Positions 29,135-39,395 of a stretch of DNA of 64,000 nt are shown piece by piece (position 1 is the stretch's first letter; the number at the start of each line of letters is the position of its first letter). Made by a program: the position numbers and the translations under genes. The DNA comes from Thermoanaerobaculia bacterium (GTDB taxonomy: Bacteria > Acidobacteriota > Thermoanaerobaculia > UBA5066): contig CAWFJJ010000028.1 of assembly GCA_963816185.1 (NCBI GenBank), forward strand, positions 1 through 64,000, written 5' to 3'. The notes below the pieces were generated by a model, which was not told where the DNA came from, ran no database searches, and saw nothing but the letters and a program-made list of their open reading frames with translations.

Positions 29135-30172
29135 CTAGTACCGCACGAGCTTTCGCGCGGCGGCCAGCAGGGTGTTCACGTTCGGGAGGAACGCCTCCTC
29201 CAGAGGCGGAGAGTACGGCACCGGGGTGTCGGGTGCCGTGACGCGCAGGATGGGGCCGTCCAGCCACTCGAACGCCTTCTCGGAGATCGTGGCGGCGATC
29301 TCGGCCCCGAGCCCGCCGGTACGCGTGTCCTCGTGGAGGATCAGGCACTTTGCCGTGCGCTTAACGGACGCGAGGATCGCCTCCTCGTCGAGCGGCAGGA
29401 GCGTCCTGAGGTCGAGAATTTCCGCCGAGACGCCGTCCTTCGCGAGAATCTCGGCCGTCTCGAGAGCCGTCCAGAGCATCGCGCCGTAGGTCACGATCGT
29501 GAGGTCGCGGCCTTCCCGGCGAACCGCGGCCTTTCCGATCGGCACGACGTAGTCCTCCCCGGGGACACGGTCCTTCACCCTTCGGTAAAGGAACTTGTGC
29601 TCGAGGAAGATCACCGGGTCGTCGTCACGGATCGCAGCTTTCAGGAGGCCCTTTGCGTCGTAGGCGGTCGCAGGAGCCACGACCTTGAGGCCCGGCGTCT
29701 TGACGAAATACATCTCGGGGCTCTGCGAGTGATAGGGACCTCCGTGGACTCCGGCTCCCGACGGGCCGCGCACGACCATCGGCACGCCGACGCCCGTGCG
29801 GTACCGGTTCTTCGCCGCGAAATTCGTGAGGAGGTCGAAGGCCCGCGAGATGAAGTCCATGAACTGCATCTCCGCGACGGGGCGCATCCCGCGCATCGCC
29901 GCGCCGATGGCGGCGCCGACGATGCCCTCCTCCGCGAGCGGGGTATCGAGGACGCGGTCCTTGCCGAACCTCTCCTGCAGCCCCTCGGTCGCCTTGAAGG
30001 CGCCGCCGTAAACACCCACGTCCTGGCCGAGGACGAACACGCGCTCGTCACGCTCCATCTCCTCGAAGAGGGCCTGGCGAATCGCCTCGAGGTAGAAGAT
30101 CTCGACGCCGGCGGTCGCGTCCGCCGTGAGCGTGAGCGTGGCGCCGCTTCGGGCGACGCGCGGATCGGCCAT
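29135..30172 (-). CDS. 2-oxoacid dehydrogenase E1 beta subunit (branched-chain/pyruvate type)
   Basis: GQDVGVYGGAF, DTPLAE, EMQFMDF, HSQSPE. Confidence 0.95.
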   Translation of the reverse strand: MADPRVARSGATLTLTADATAGVEIFYLEAIRQALFEEMERDERVFVLGQDVGVYGGAFKATEGLQERFGKDRVLDTPLAEEGIVGAAIGAAMRGMRPVAEMQFMDFISRAFDLLTNFAAKNRYRTGVGVPMVVRGPSGAGVHGGPYHSQSPEMYFVKTPGLKVVAPATAYDAKGLLKAAIRDDDPVIFLEHKFLYRRVKDRVPGEDYVVPIGKAAVRREGRDLTIVTYGAMLWTALETAEILAKDGVSAEILDLRTLLPLDEEAILASVKRTAKCLILHEDTRTGGLGAEIAATISEKAFEWLDGPILRVTAPDTPVPYSPPLEEAFLPNVNTLLAAARKLVRY

Positions 30173-31188
30173 CAGAGGCCTCCCGTGAAGACGCCGGCGC
30201 GGCCGCGCTCGAGGATGCTCTCGTCGGCGTAGACGCCGCGAAAGGCGAGAGCCGGGTCGGGAAACGGCGACGCCTCGGCGAAGGCCACGTCCGCGTCGAG
30301 CTGCCTCTCCACCTCTTCGTGGATGCGGTGCCTCTCGGATGCCGGCATCGCGCCCGAGGATTCGAGGGCGGATTCGAAGCGGGCGAGCGGGTCACGGGCG
30401 CGCCAGTCGGCCAGCTCCTTCGGATCCACGTACACCTGCGCGTCGTGCTCCGCGTGGCCCTTCATGCGATACGTCTTGCACTCGAGCAGCGTGGGTCCGC
30501 CGCCCTGACGCGCCCGATCCACAGCCGTGCGGGCGGCCTCGTATACCGCGAGCGCGTCGTTGCCGTCCACGATCTCGCCGGGGATCCCGTAGCCGATCGC
30601 CTTGTCGGCGAGGGTCCGCGCCGCGCACTGCTTCTCGTACGGCGTCGAGTACGCCCATCCGTTGAACTCGATGACGAGGACGAGCGGCAGCCTCTGCACC
30701 GCGGCGAAGTTCAAGCCCTCGTGAAACGCCCCGACAGACGTCCCGCCGTCTCCGAGGTACGTCATGCCGACGGTGCACTTCCCCTGCATGCGGTCGGCGA
30801 GGAGCATCCCCGCGACCACGGGCACGAGCGTTCCGAGCATCGCGATGGGGGAATAGACGCCTTTTTCGGGGACGGAGAAGTGGAGATTCGCGTCCTTGCC
30901 GCCCGAGGGCGCGGTCGCGCGTGCCATGTATTGCGTGAGGATGTCTCGAGGCGGAATGCCACGCGCGAGCACGGAGCCGAGATTCCGGATGAGCGGCGCG
31001 AGGAGATCGCCCTCGTCGAGAGCGAACGCGCTCGCAACGGACGTCGCCTCCTGCCCCAGCGATCGATACAGGCCGCCCACGACCTTTCCCTGCCGGTACA
31101 GCTTGACGAGCCGTTCTTCGAGCAGGCGGTTCAGCAGCATGCAGCGATAGAGATCGGCGAGGCGTTGCGGCGGCAGAGGCGTCGTCAT
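30172..31188 (-). CDS. 2-oxoacid dehydrogenase E1 alpha subunit
   Basis: TPP motif GDGGTS...N.WAYS, YRMKGHAEHD. Confidence 0.94.
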   Translation of the reverse strand: MTTPLPPQRLADLYRCMLLNRLLEERLVKLYRQGKVVGGLYRSLGQEATSVASAFALDEGDLLAPLIRNLGSVLARGIPPRDILTQYMARATAPSGGKDANLHFSVPEKGVYSPIAMLGTLVPVVAGMLLADRMQGKCTVGMTYLGDGGTSVGAFHEGLNFAAVQRLPLVLVIEFNGWAYSTPYEKQCAARTLADKAIGYGIPGEIVDGNDALAVYEAARTAVDRARQGGGPTLLECKTYRMKGHAEHDAQVYVDPKELADWRARDPLARFESALESSGAMPASERHRIHEEVERQLDADVAFAEASPFPDPALAFRGVYADESILERGRAGVFTGGL

Positions 31189-31302
31189 CTTCGGGGGCTC
31201 GTCCGGATTTCGGAGCGAGGGGCGATTATCAAGGGCCGCTCCTCCGAGGGTCAAACGACCCGGCGAAGGGGGCGCGCGCCGCGCATGCCGCCCTCCGGGC
31301 TC

Positions 31303-31331
31303 TTGACACGCTTTCTCCCCGCGCCTAGGCT
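31303..31331 (+). promoter_or_regulatory. Sigma70-type promoter of the lysine operon leader
   Basis: TTGACA (31303-31308), 17-nt spacer, TAGGCT (31326-31331). Confidence 0.75.
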
Positions 31332-31341
31332 GCACGCCACG

Positions 31342-31419
31342 ATGAACACCCCCTGCGCCCGAAAGCGCAAGACCGCGAAGATGACGACGCCGCGAGGCGG
31401 GCGATGGGGCGTTCTCTAG
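31342..31419 (+). CDS. Putative attenuator leader peptide [25 protein letters not shown]
   Basis: 25-aa ORF with 3 Lys, 4 Thr and an internal Met, between promoter and terminator hairpin. Confidence 0.65.
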   Translation: MNTPCARKRKTAKMTTPRGGRWGVL

Positions 31420-31455
31420 ATCGACGCGTTTCGACGATCACCACAGAGACACACC

Positions 31456-31490
31456 AAGGGCCCGCCGGAAAACGGCGGGCCCTTCGCTTT
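31456..31490 (+). terminator. Attenuator terminator hairpin before asd
   Basis: 12-bp stem AAGGGCCCGCCG-gaaaa-CGGCGGGCCCTT followed by CGCTTT, just ahead of the asd RBS. Confidence 0.75.
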
Positions 31491-31502
31491 GAAGGAGCAC
31501 CC

Positions 31503-32583
31503 ATGGCGACCCCGAACGATCTCCGGATTCCGGTGGCGATCCTCGGCGCGACGGGCGCCGTGGGACAGCGCCTCGTGTCGCTGCTCGAGGGCCACCCGCG
31601 GTTCGTTCTGACGGAGGTCGCCGCGTCGGAGAGATCCGCGGGGAAGCGTTACGCGGATGCGACGCGCTGGATCCTTCCAGGCGACATCCCGGCCGCCGCG
31701 CACGATCTCGTCGTGACGTCCGTCGAGGACGAGCTTTCCTCGCCGCTGTGCCTCTCCGCGCTCGATGCCGGCGTCGCCGACACCGTGGAGCCGCTCCAGG
31801 CTTCGCGCGGAAAGCTCGTCGTCTCGAATACGAAGTCGTTCCGGATGAAACCGGACGTGCCTCTCGTGATCCCCGAGGTGAACCCGGATCACCTCGACCT
31901 CCTCGACGTGCAGTCCTGGCGCGCGGCGGGCGGCGGCATCGTGACGAACCCGAACTGCTCCGTCGTCGGCCTTGCCATGGCGCTCGCGCCGCTCGAGCGC
32001 GCTTTCGGCGTGGAGCGCGTTCTCGTCACGACGATGCAGGCGCTGTCGGGCGCGGGCTATCCCGGCGTGCCGTCTCTGGATGCGCAGGGCAACGTCATCC
32101 CCTTCATCGACGGCGAGGAGGAAAAGATCGAACGCGAGCCACGAAAGATCCTGGGTCGCCTCGTGAACGGCCGCGTCCTGGACGCGGAGTTCCCGATCTC
32201 GGTTTCCGTCAATCGCGTTCCGGTGCGCGACGGCCACATGGAGTCCGTCTTCGTCGATCTGAAGAAGAAGGCGTCCCTCGACGACGTGCATGCCGTGTTC
32301 GAGGCCTTCACGGGCGAGCCGCAGCGGCTGAAGCTGCCCTCGGCTCCGGCGCGGCCGATTGCGGTCCGCGACGAGCGCGACCGGCCGCAGCCCGTCGCGC
32401 GACGTCGAGGCGGGAAACGGCATGACGGTGACGGTCGGCCGCCTGCGGCCCGATCCCGTCTTCGATCTGAAGTTCACGGTTCTCGTCCACAACACGGTGC
32501 GCGGGGCGGCGGGAGCGGCGCTCCTGAACGCCGAGCTGCTTCTCGCGCAGGGGCGCGTCGCGACGCGAGCTCCCGTGCGATGA
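31503..32583 (+). CDS. asd: Aspartate-semialdehyde dehydrogenase, frameshifted near 32395
   Basis: [21 protein letters not shown]; C-terminal [16 protein letters not shown] lies in another frame. Confidence 0.93.
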
Positions 32584-33945
32584 CGGACGTTCTCAAGTTC
32601 GGCGGCACCTCGGTCGGATCGGCCGAGCGGATCCGCGACGTCGCGCGCCTCGTGAAGACGCGCGGGGGAGACTCGAGCCTCGTCGTCGTCTCGGCGATGG
32701 CCGGTGTGACGGATCTTCTGGTCGGATTGAAGAATTCTTCGAAGGGTAAAGAGCGGGGCGCCGCCGAGGCCACACTCGACGAGTTGGAAGGTCGCCACCG
32801 CGCCGCGCTCGATGGGCTTGCCCTCCCGGAAAGCGAAAGGCGGACCTGCGCCCTCGCGATCGAAGAGGAGATGCGGCGATGCCGTGAGCTTTCTCTCGGA
32901 ATCTCTCTACTCGAAGAAATCTCTCCTCGAACCTCGGACGCGCTCCTCGCGATCGGAGAATTGATCTGCTCGCGCTTCGTGGCCGCCGCGCTTCGCGCGG
33001 GCGGGGCGGAGGCCGTGTGGATCGACCCGCGCGAGATCCTCGCGACGAACGCCGCGCACGGCGCGGCCCTTGCGGACGAGAAGGAAACGGCCGCCCGCGT
33101 CTCCAGGCACGTGGCGCCTCACCTCGCGGCGGGGCGGGTCGTCGTGACGGGAGGCTTCGTCGGTGCCGCTCCGGACGGCTCGACGACGACGCTCGGCCGT
33201 GGCGGATCGGACTACTCGGCCGCGCTCTTCGGCGCCGCGCTCCATGACATGGGCCGCGCCGTGGGCCGCATCGAGATCTGGACCGACGTGGACGGAATCC
33301 TGACGGCCGACCCGCGCATCGTGCCCGCGGCGCGCCTCGTTCCCGAGGTGAGCTATCCCGAGGCGGCCGAGCTCGCGTTCTTCGGAGCGAAGGTGCTCCA
33401 TCCGGCGACGATCCGCCCTGCCGTGGCGCGAGGGATCCCGGTCGCCGTGAAGAACTCGTTCAGGCCCGATTGTCCCGGCACGATCGTGCGGCAGGACGTC
33501 GCCCGGAAACGGCGTGAGAGCCGTCGCGATGCGCACGGGGGTGACGGCGCTCTTCGTGGGCAGTCCGCGCATGCTGCTCGCCCATGGCTATGCCGCCAGG
33601 GTCTTCTCCGTCTTCGAAAAGCACGGCGTGCCGGTGGACGTCATCGCCACGAGCGAGGTGTCGATTTCGATCACCGTGGACGCGAAAGCCTTGCTCGAGG
33701 GCGTCGTGCGCGACCTTTCCGAGTTCGCCGAGGTCTCGGTTCTCCGGAACCTCGCGGTCGTGTCCGTCGTCGGAAAGGCTCTGCGCTCGACGGCGGGCGT
33801 CGCCGTGCGCATCTTCGGCGCCGTCGGCGACGTGAACGTCGTCCTCATCTCCCAGGGCGCCTCCGACACGAACGTGACGTTCGTGGTCGACGGGAACGAC
33901 GCGCCGGAGGCGCTGCGCAGGCTTCACCGGGAGTTCTTCGAATGA
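32580..33945 (+). CDS. lysC: Aspartate kinase, frameshifted near 33505
   Basis: [31 protein letters not shown]; ACT domains in ORF 33514..33945. Confidence 0.93.
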
Positions 33946-34766
33946 AAGCGCTCCTCGTCGGATACGGGAAGATGGGGAAGACGATCGAGATCGCGCTCGT
34001 CCACAGGGGGCACGAAGTCGCTGGACGGTTGGGGCGCAAAGAGATTTGCTTAGAAGGGGAAGAGGGGAAGGGTGACCTATGGAGCGCGTCGAGCAATGCC
34101 GCGGATCCGGCTTCGCCGCAGCAGGCCAGCGAGAAGTCCTATTCACTTTCTGAGAAGTCTTTATCCTCGTCTCTCTCTTCGGACCTCCCGGTTTGCGACA
34201 TCGCGTTCGAGTTCACGACACCGGCGTCCGCGCCGATCGTCGTCCCCCTCCTTCTTTCGCGGAAGATCCCCGTCGTCTCCGGCACCACTGGCTGGGACGT
34301 GACTTCGGCCGTGCACATCGCACGGGAGCAGAAGGTTCCTTTTCTTCATTCCTCGAATTTCTCCCTCGGCGTCGCGGCGCTGCGGCGCGCCGTCGCCGCC
34401 GCGGCCGCCGCGCTCGCGCCGTTTCCCGAGTTCGAGCCGGGAGTCATGGAGCGGCATCACGCGGCGAAGAAAGACTCTCCTTCGGGGACGGCTCGCGTTC
34501 TCGCGCTCGACATCTCGCGCGAGCCCCTTTCGAAGAGATCCGTGCCGATCGTCTCTCTCAGGCAGGGCGGCCAGCCGGGAGAGCATTCGGTCTACTTCGA
34601 GGGCGCGGACGAGACGGTGGAGCTCGTGCACCGCGCCCGGTCGCGTTCGATCTTTGCCCAGGGCGCCGTGCGCGCCGCGGAATGGATGCTCGTATCGGGC
34701 CGAGCGGGCCCGGTGACCTTCGACGAATTCTTCGACGACCTGTCGCTCAAGGGGGGCGCCTCATGA
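33942..34766 (+). CDS. dapB: 4-hydroxy-tetrahydrodipicolinate reductase with ~40-aa internal insertion
   Basis: GYGKMG, SGTTGW, NFSLG, ERHHAAKKDSPSGTA, FAQGA. Confidence 0.92.
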   Translation: MKALLVGYGKMGKTIEIALVHRGHEVAGRLGRKEICLEGEEGKGDLWSASSNAADPASPQQASEKSYSLSEKSLSSSLSSDLPVCDIAFEFTTPASAPIVVPLLLSRKIPVVSGTTGWDVTSAVHIAREQKVPFLHSSNFSLGVAALRRAVAAAAAALAPFPEFEPGVMERHHAAKKDSPSGTARVLALDISREPLSKRSVPIVSLRQGGQPGEHSVYFEGADETVELVHRARSRSIFAQGAVRAAEWMLVSGRAGPVTFDEFFDDLSLKGGAS

Positions 34767-35731
34767 CGGCTTCCGCACACCCGCCGGACTCTTCGTCTTC
34801 AAGGAATCTCCGTCTTTCCGGGGTCTTCACCGCGCTCGTCACGCCGTTTCGCGACGACGGGGCCGTCGACGAGGCGGGCCTCCGCCGTCTCGCGAAGCGG
34901 CAGATCGCGGGCGGCGTCGCGGGTCTCGTCCCGTGCGGGACGACGGGCGAAGCCGTCACGCTGGACGCGGACGAGCACGAGCGTGTGGTCGCCGTCGTCG
35001 CCGAAGAGGCGCGCGCGTCCTCGCGGCGCGTGACCGTGATCGCCGGCTGCGGCTCGAACGACACCCGAAAATCCCAGGCCCTCGCCGAACGATGCCGCCG
35101 GGCCGGGGCCGACGCGCTCCTCGTCGTCACGCCTTACTACAACAAGCCGACGCCGAAAGGCCTCGTCGCGCATTTCCTCGCTGTCGCGGATGCGGGCCGG
35201 CTGCCGCTCGTCCTCTACAACGTGCCCGGCCGGACGGGCCTCAACATGCAGCCCGACACAGTGCTCGAGCTCGCGAAGGACCCCCGCATCGTGGCCGTCA
35301 AGGAGGCATCGGGCAGCCTCGATCAGGCATGCGAGATCCTCCGCGCCCGCCCGGCCGGATTCGCCGTCCTCTCGGGCGAGGACTCGCTCGCGATTCCGAT
35401 GATCGCCTGCGGCGCCGAGGGCGTCATCGCGGTGGTCTCGAACGAGGCTCCGGGCCTGTACGTGGACGCGATCGCCGCGGCCCTCGCCGGGAATCGCGCT
35501 CGTGCCTCGGAGCTCCAGGCGAGAATGTTCCCGCTCATGAAGGCGAATTTCCGCGAATCGAACCCGATTCCGGTGAAATGGGCGCTGGCGCGTCTCGGCC
35601 TCGTCGGCGGCGCTGTTCGCCTGCCGCTCGTGCCGCTTTCGCCGCAGCACCACGCCCCGCTCGAGGACGCGCTCCGGGCCGCGGGTCTCCTCGATGCCGC
35701 CGGGAAACCAGTCGAGAAGGCCGCGGCGTGA
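34763..35731 (+). CDS. dapA: 4-hydroxy-tetrahydrodipicolinate synthase
   Basis: GTTGE, PYYNKP, YNVPGRTG, VKEASG, SNPIPVK. Confidence 0.96.
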   Translation: MTASAHPPDSSSSRNLRLSGVFTALVTPFRDDGAVDEAGLRRLAKRQIAGGVAGLVPCGTTGEAVTLDADEHERVVAVVAEEARASSRRVTVIAGCGSNDTRKSQALAERCRRAGADALLVVTPYYNKPTPKGLVAHFLAVADAGRLPLVLYNVPGRTGLNMQPDTVLELAKDPRIVAVKEASGSLDQACEILRARPAGFAVLSGEDSLAIPMIACGAEGVIAVVSNEAPGLYVDAIAAALAGNRARASELQARMFPLMKANFRESNPIPVKWALARLGLVGGAVRLPLVPLSPQHHAPLEDALRAAGLLDAAGKPVEKAAA

Positions 35732-36495
35732 CGCGCGAGGAAGTCGTCGCGCTTCTCGGCGCGCTCGAGCGCGGCGAGATGCGCGCGGCGGCCCCCGACG
35801 GGGACGGGAACTGGGTGGCGAACGCGGCCGTCAAGGAAGGCATCCTCGCGGCCTTCCGGCTCGGTGTCGAGGAGGCGAGCGAGGCCGGCCCGCTCCTTTT
35901 CCGCGACCGAGACACTCTCCCGCCGCGCCGTCCGCTTCCCGAAGGCGTGCGCGTCGTCCCGGGCGGGACGGCTCTCCGCCGCGGCGCCTTTCTCGCGAAG
36001 GGCGTCGTCGTGATGCCGCCCGCCTACGTGAACGTGGGCGCGTACGTCGACGAGGGCTCGATGATCGACAGCCATGCGCTCGTCGGCTCGTGCGCGCAGA
36101 TCGGGAAGAAAGTCCACCTTTCGGCCGCGGCGCAGGTGGGCGGCGTCCTCGAGCCCGTGGGCGCAGTTCCGGTCGTCATCGAGGACGAGGTCTTCGTGGG
36201 CGGGGGAGCCGGGATCTACGAGGGCGTCCGCGTGAGAAAGCGCGCCGTTCTCGCGGCGGGCGTCATCCTGACGGCTTCGAGCGTCGTCTTCGATCTCGTG
36301 AACGAGCGCGAGCTCCGCTCGGCGCCGGGGCGTCCGCTCGTCGTTCCCGAGGGCGCCGTCCTCGTCCCGGGCTCGCGGCGAGTCACCGGCGCCTGGGCCG
36401 AGGCCCGAGGGATCTCGCTTTCCGCTGCCGTGATCGTGAAGTATCGGGATGCGAAGACGGACGCGCGGACGGTTCTCGAAAGCGCGCTGCGGTGA
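35728..36495 (+). CDS. dapD: Tetrahydrodipicolinate N-succinyltransferase
   Basis: KEGIL..FR, RVVPGG, YVNVGAYVD, VGSCAQIG, GGVLEP. Confidence 0.93.
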   Translation: MTREEVVALLGALERGEMRAAAPDGDGNWVANAAVKEGILAAFRLGVEEASEAGPLLFRDRDTLPPRRPLPEGVRVVPGGTALRRGAFLAKGVVVMPPAYVNVGAYVDEGSMIDSHALVGSCAQIGKKVHLSAAAQVGGVLEPVGAVPVVIEDEVFVGGGAGIYEGVRVRKRAVLAAGVILTASSVVFDLVNERELRSAPGRPLVVPEGAVLVPGSRRVTGAWAEARGISLSAAVIVKYRDAKTDARTVLESALR

Positions 36496-36553
36496 CGGGA
36501 AAAGAAGAAAGAGTTGCACGCGGCCTGCGGCCGCGTGATTCTTAGAAAGGTAA

Positions 36554-37843
36554 TTGGTCTTGGCGGACTCGCTGATCCGTCGCGCCGCGGCTCGGTTCGG
36601 GACTCCGCTGTATCTGTACGACTTCGAGGTCATCGCGGCGCGAGTCCGCGCGCTGCGCGCGGCGCTCGGCCCTCGATTCACGCTGGCCTACGCCGTAAAG
36701 GCAAACCCATCGCTAGCCGTGCTGTCGCTTTTCTTCGAAAGGGGGTTGGGGGCGGACGTCGCATCCCGAGGCGAGCTGCTCGCGGTGCGCCGCGCAGGAT
36801 GTCCTGCTTCGAAGATCCTCTCGACCGGTCCTGCGAAAACTGATGCGGACCTCGAAGCGCTCGTGCGAGCCGGCGTGTCGATCATCCATGCGGAAGGCGA
36901 ATGGGAGCTCGCCAGACTCGAAGAGATCGCGAAGCGCGCGCGACGCACCGTTCGCGTCGGCCTCCGGCTCAACCCGCCCTGGGGGATCGCCGAGAAGCGC
37001 GTCATAATCGGCGGCCCCGGCGCGAAGAAGTTCGGGTTCGACCTCCGGACCGCCGAGAGAGTTCTTAGAAAGTGGAAGAGCGGAGCGGGAGGGCCGGACG
37101 CCTACCCCCATCTGGATCTCTGCGGCTTTCAGGTGTTCAACGCCTCGAACGTCCTCGACGCGCGGCTCCTCGTCGAGAACACGCGCCACGTGCTCTCCCT
37201 CGCCCTTTCCCTTTCGAGGAAATACGACGTTTCTCTTCTCTCCGTGGATTTCGGCGGGGGCTTCGGCGTGCCCTATGCGGCGTCCGAAGAGCACCTCGAT
37301 CTAAGAGTTCTTAGAAGGGGTCTGGAGGAGATCGCGAGGCGCGTCGAGTTGGAGCCTCGGCTTCGGCGGGCTCGGCTGGTGTTCGAACCAGGCCGGTTCC
37401 TCGTTGCGGAGGCGGGGATGTACGTGACCCGCGTCCTCGGCACCAAGAGAAGCCGCGGCGTCGACTACGTCCTCATAGACGGTGGCGTCCACCACTTCCT
37501 CCGGCCGGTCCTCCTCGGAACGCCTCACCGCGTGAGGCTCGTCAGGAGAAAGGCAGGCGCTCGCGGCGGTCGATCTTCACCTTCTAGGAAATCTCTAGTT
37601 CTTTCGGGCCCCCTCTGCACGTCCCTCGACGTCCTCCACCCGTCCGCTGACCTGCCACTCCCGGTGCGGGGAGACCTCCTTGCCTTCGAGAACGCCGGCG
37701 CATACGGGTTCACCGAGTCGATGCCTCTCTTTCTCTCGCACGGGTGGCCGGCCGAGGTCGGCGTGTCGAAGGGCCGGCTGGCGCTCCTGAGGCGGCCTCC
37801 GACGGTGGAATCGCTTCTTCGCGCGCAAAGGCGGCGGCTTTGA
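36554..37843 (+). CDS. lysA: Diaminopimelate decarboxylase (group IV PLP decarboxylase)
   Basis: GTPLYLYD, YAVKAN PLP Lys, DFGGGFG, EPGRF, GPLC, GAYG; last gene of the dap operon. Confidence 0.8.
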   Translation: MVLADSLIRRAAARFGTPLYLYDFEVIAARVRALRAALGPRFTLAYAVKANPSLAVLSLFFERGLGADVASRGELLAVRRAGCPASKILSTGPAKTDADLEALVRAGVSIIHAEGEWELARLEEIAKRARRTVRVGLRLNPPWGIAEKRVIIGGPGAKKFGFDLRTAERVLRKWKSGAGGPDAYPHLDLCGFQVFNASNVLDARLLVENTRHVLSLALSLSRKYDVSLLSVDFGGGFGVPYAASEEHLDLRVLRRGLEEIARRVELEPRLRRARLVFEPGRFLVAEAGMYVTRVLGTKRSRGVDYVLIDGGVHHFLRPVLLGTPHRVRLVRRKAGARGGRSSPSRKSLVLSGPLCTSLDVLHPSADLPLPVRGDLLAFENAGAYGFTESMPLFLSHGWPAEVGVSKGRLALLRRPPTVESLLRAQRRRL

Positions 37844-39381
37844 AGATTCAGCGCGCTTCCGTTCGATATGGCGTGGCGCTCTGTGCGACGGCGGTAGCGT
37901 GCGGGCTCCGGCTCGCGCTCGCGCCGGTCCTGGGCTCGCAGCTCGCATTCGTAACGTTCATCGCGGCGAGCATCTTCGCCGCGTGGTACGGCGGCGGCGG
38001 CCCCGGCATCCTGGCGGCGGCTCTGGGCGGCGCGCTCGGCGTCGTGCTCTTCCAGCATCGGACCCACCCCAATCCGGCCCTCGCCTTGACTCTCGGCGGC
38101 TACGCGTTCGTCTGTCTCGTCTGCATCGGCTTCGTCGAGTGGAGTCGCCGCAACCACGAGAGGTTCGCGCGAAGCGAAGCGCTCGGCCGGCTGTCGCTGG
38201 AGGCATCCCTGGCGCAGCGCAAGGAGCTCGAGGAGGCGCTTCGCGCCCGTCTTGACGAGCTCGGGATCGTGAATCGCCGGAAGAGCGAGTTCCTCGCGGC
38301 GCTCGCGCACGAGCTTCGTAACCCGCTCGCTCCGGTGAGCAACGCGATCGAGGTTCTCGAGCGCGACCCGGACGAGCCGACGCGCGCACGGATGCTCGCG
38401 GTTCTCCGGCACCAGGCGGCGCGCCTCGCGCACGTCGTGGACGACCTCATCGACGTCTCGCGGATCGAGCAGGGAAGAGTCGATCTCAGGATGGAGATCG
38501 TGGATTTCGCCGAGCCCGTCCGCCATGCCATCGCGGCCTGCGAGAACGCGCTCGGCGTTTCGCGCCCCACGCTCTCGGCGAATCTCCCGGTCACTCCCAC
38601 GTGGGTCAGGGGAGATGCGGACCGGCTCGAGCAGATCGTGCTGAATCTGCTCCAGAACGCGCTGAAGTACACGCCGTCCGACGGTCACGTGTGGGTGAGC
38701 CTCGTCGAGGAGAGCGGGGACGCGGTTCTCCGCATGCGGGACGACGGTTACGGAATCCCGACGGACCTCCTCGAGAAGATCTTCGACCTGTTTGCGCAGG
38801 CGCCACAGCCCCTGGCCCGAACGCAGGGCGGGCTCGGCATCGGACTCAGCCTCGTCAAGACCCTCGTCGAGCGCCACGGGGGGAAGGTGAGCGCGGCGAG
38901 CCCGGGTCCCGGACTCGGAAGCGAGTTCGTCGTGCGGCTCCCGCGGTCGGAGCCGCCCGAGCGGAAAGAGGCTCCAGTCCCTCAGCCCGCGTGCCCGGCG
39001 GCTTGCAGCCTTCGCGTTCTCGTCATCGAAGACAACGCTGACATGCGCGAGTCGATGCGCGACCTCCTCCACCTTTGGGGTCACGCCTCCGAAGGCGCGG
39101 CGGATGGCCTCGAGGGTCTCGCTCAGGTTCTCCTTTTCAAGCCGGACGTCGCGCTCGTCGACCTCGGGCTTCCGCGGATGGACGGCTACGAGGTCGCGCG
39201 CCAGATCAGGGGTCAGGAAGGCGGCCGCGATGTGCTCCTCATCGCTCTGAGCGGCTACGGGCAACCGGCGGACCGCGAGGCCGCGCAGGCCGCGGGCTTC
39301 GACAAACACATCGTCAAGCCGCCCGACCTCGTCGAGCTCGAGAATCTGCTGGCTCGAGAAGCGAAGAGGCGCTCGACCTGA
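37840..39381 (+). CDS. Hybrid sensor histidine kinase (DUF4118-like TM, HisKA, HATPase, receiver)
   Basis: [41 protein letters not shown]. Confidence 0.93.
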   Translation: MKIQRASVRYGVALCATAVACGLRLALAPVLGSQLAFVTFIAASIFAAWYGGGGPGILAAALGGALGVVLFQHRTHPNPALALTLGGYAFVCLVCIGFVEWSRRNHERFARSEALGRLSLEASLAQRKELEEALRARLDELGIVNRRKSEFLAALAHELRNPLAPVSNAIEVLERDPDEPTRARMLAVLRHQAARLAHVVDDLIDVSRIEQGRVDLRMEIVDFAEPVRHAIAACENALGVSRPTLSANLPVTPTWVRGDADRLEQIVLNLLQNALKYTPSDGHVWVSLVEESGDAVLRMRDDGYGIPTDLLEKIFDLFAQAPQPLARTQGGLGIGLSLVKTLVERHGGKVSAASPGPGLGSEFVVRLPRSEPPERKEAPVPQPACPAACSLRVLVIEDNADMRESMRDLLHLWGHASEGAADGLEGLAQVLLFKPDVALVDLGLPRMDGYEVARQIRGQEGGRDVLLIALSGYGQPADREAAQAAGFDKHIVKPPDLVELENLLAREAKRRST

Positions 39382-39395
39382 AATACAATGTGCGA

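Noticed and set aside
31200-31500. Lysine riboswitch or T-box upstream of asd
   Set aside because: No recognisable L-box or T-box consensus; the leader is short and better explained by a uORF plus terminator.
31404-34766. 1120-aa Asd-LysC-DapB 'trifunctional fusion' ORF
   Set aside because: It is produced by two frameshifts. The true C-termini of Asd and LysC lie in other frames and each gene has its own ATGA-overlap start.
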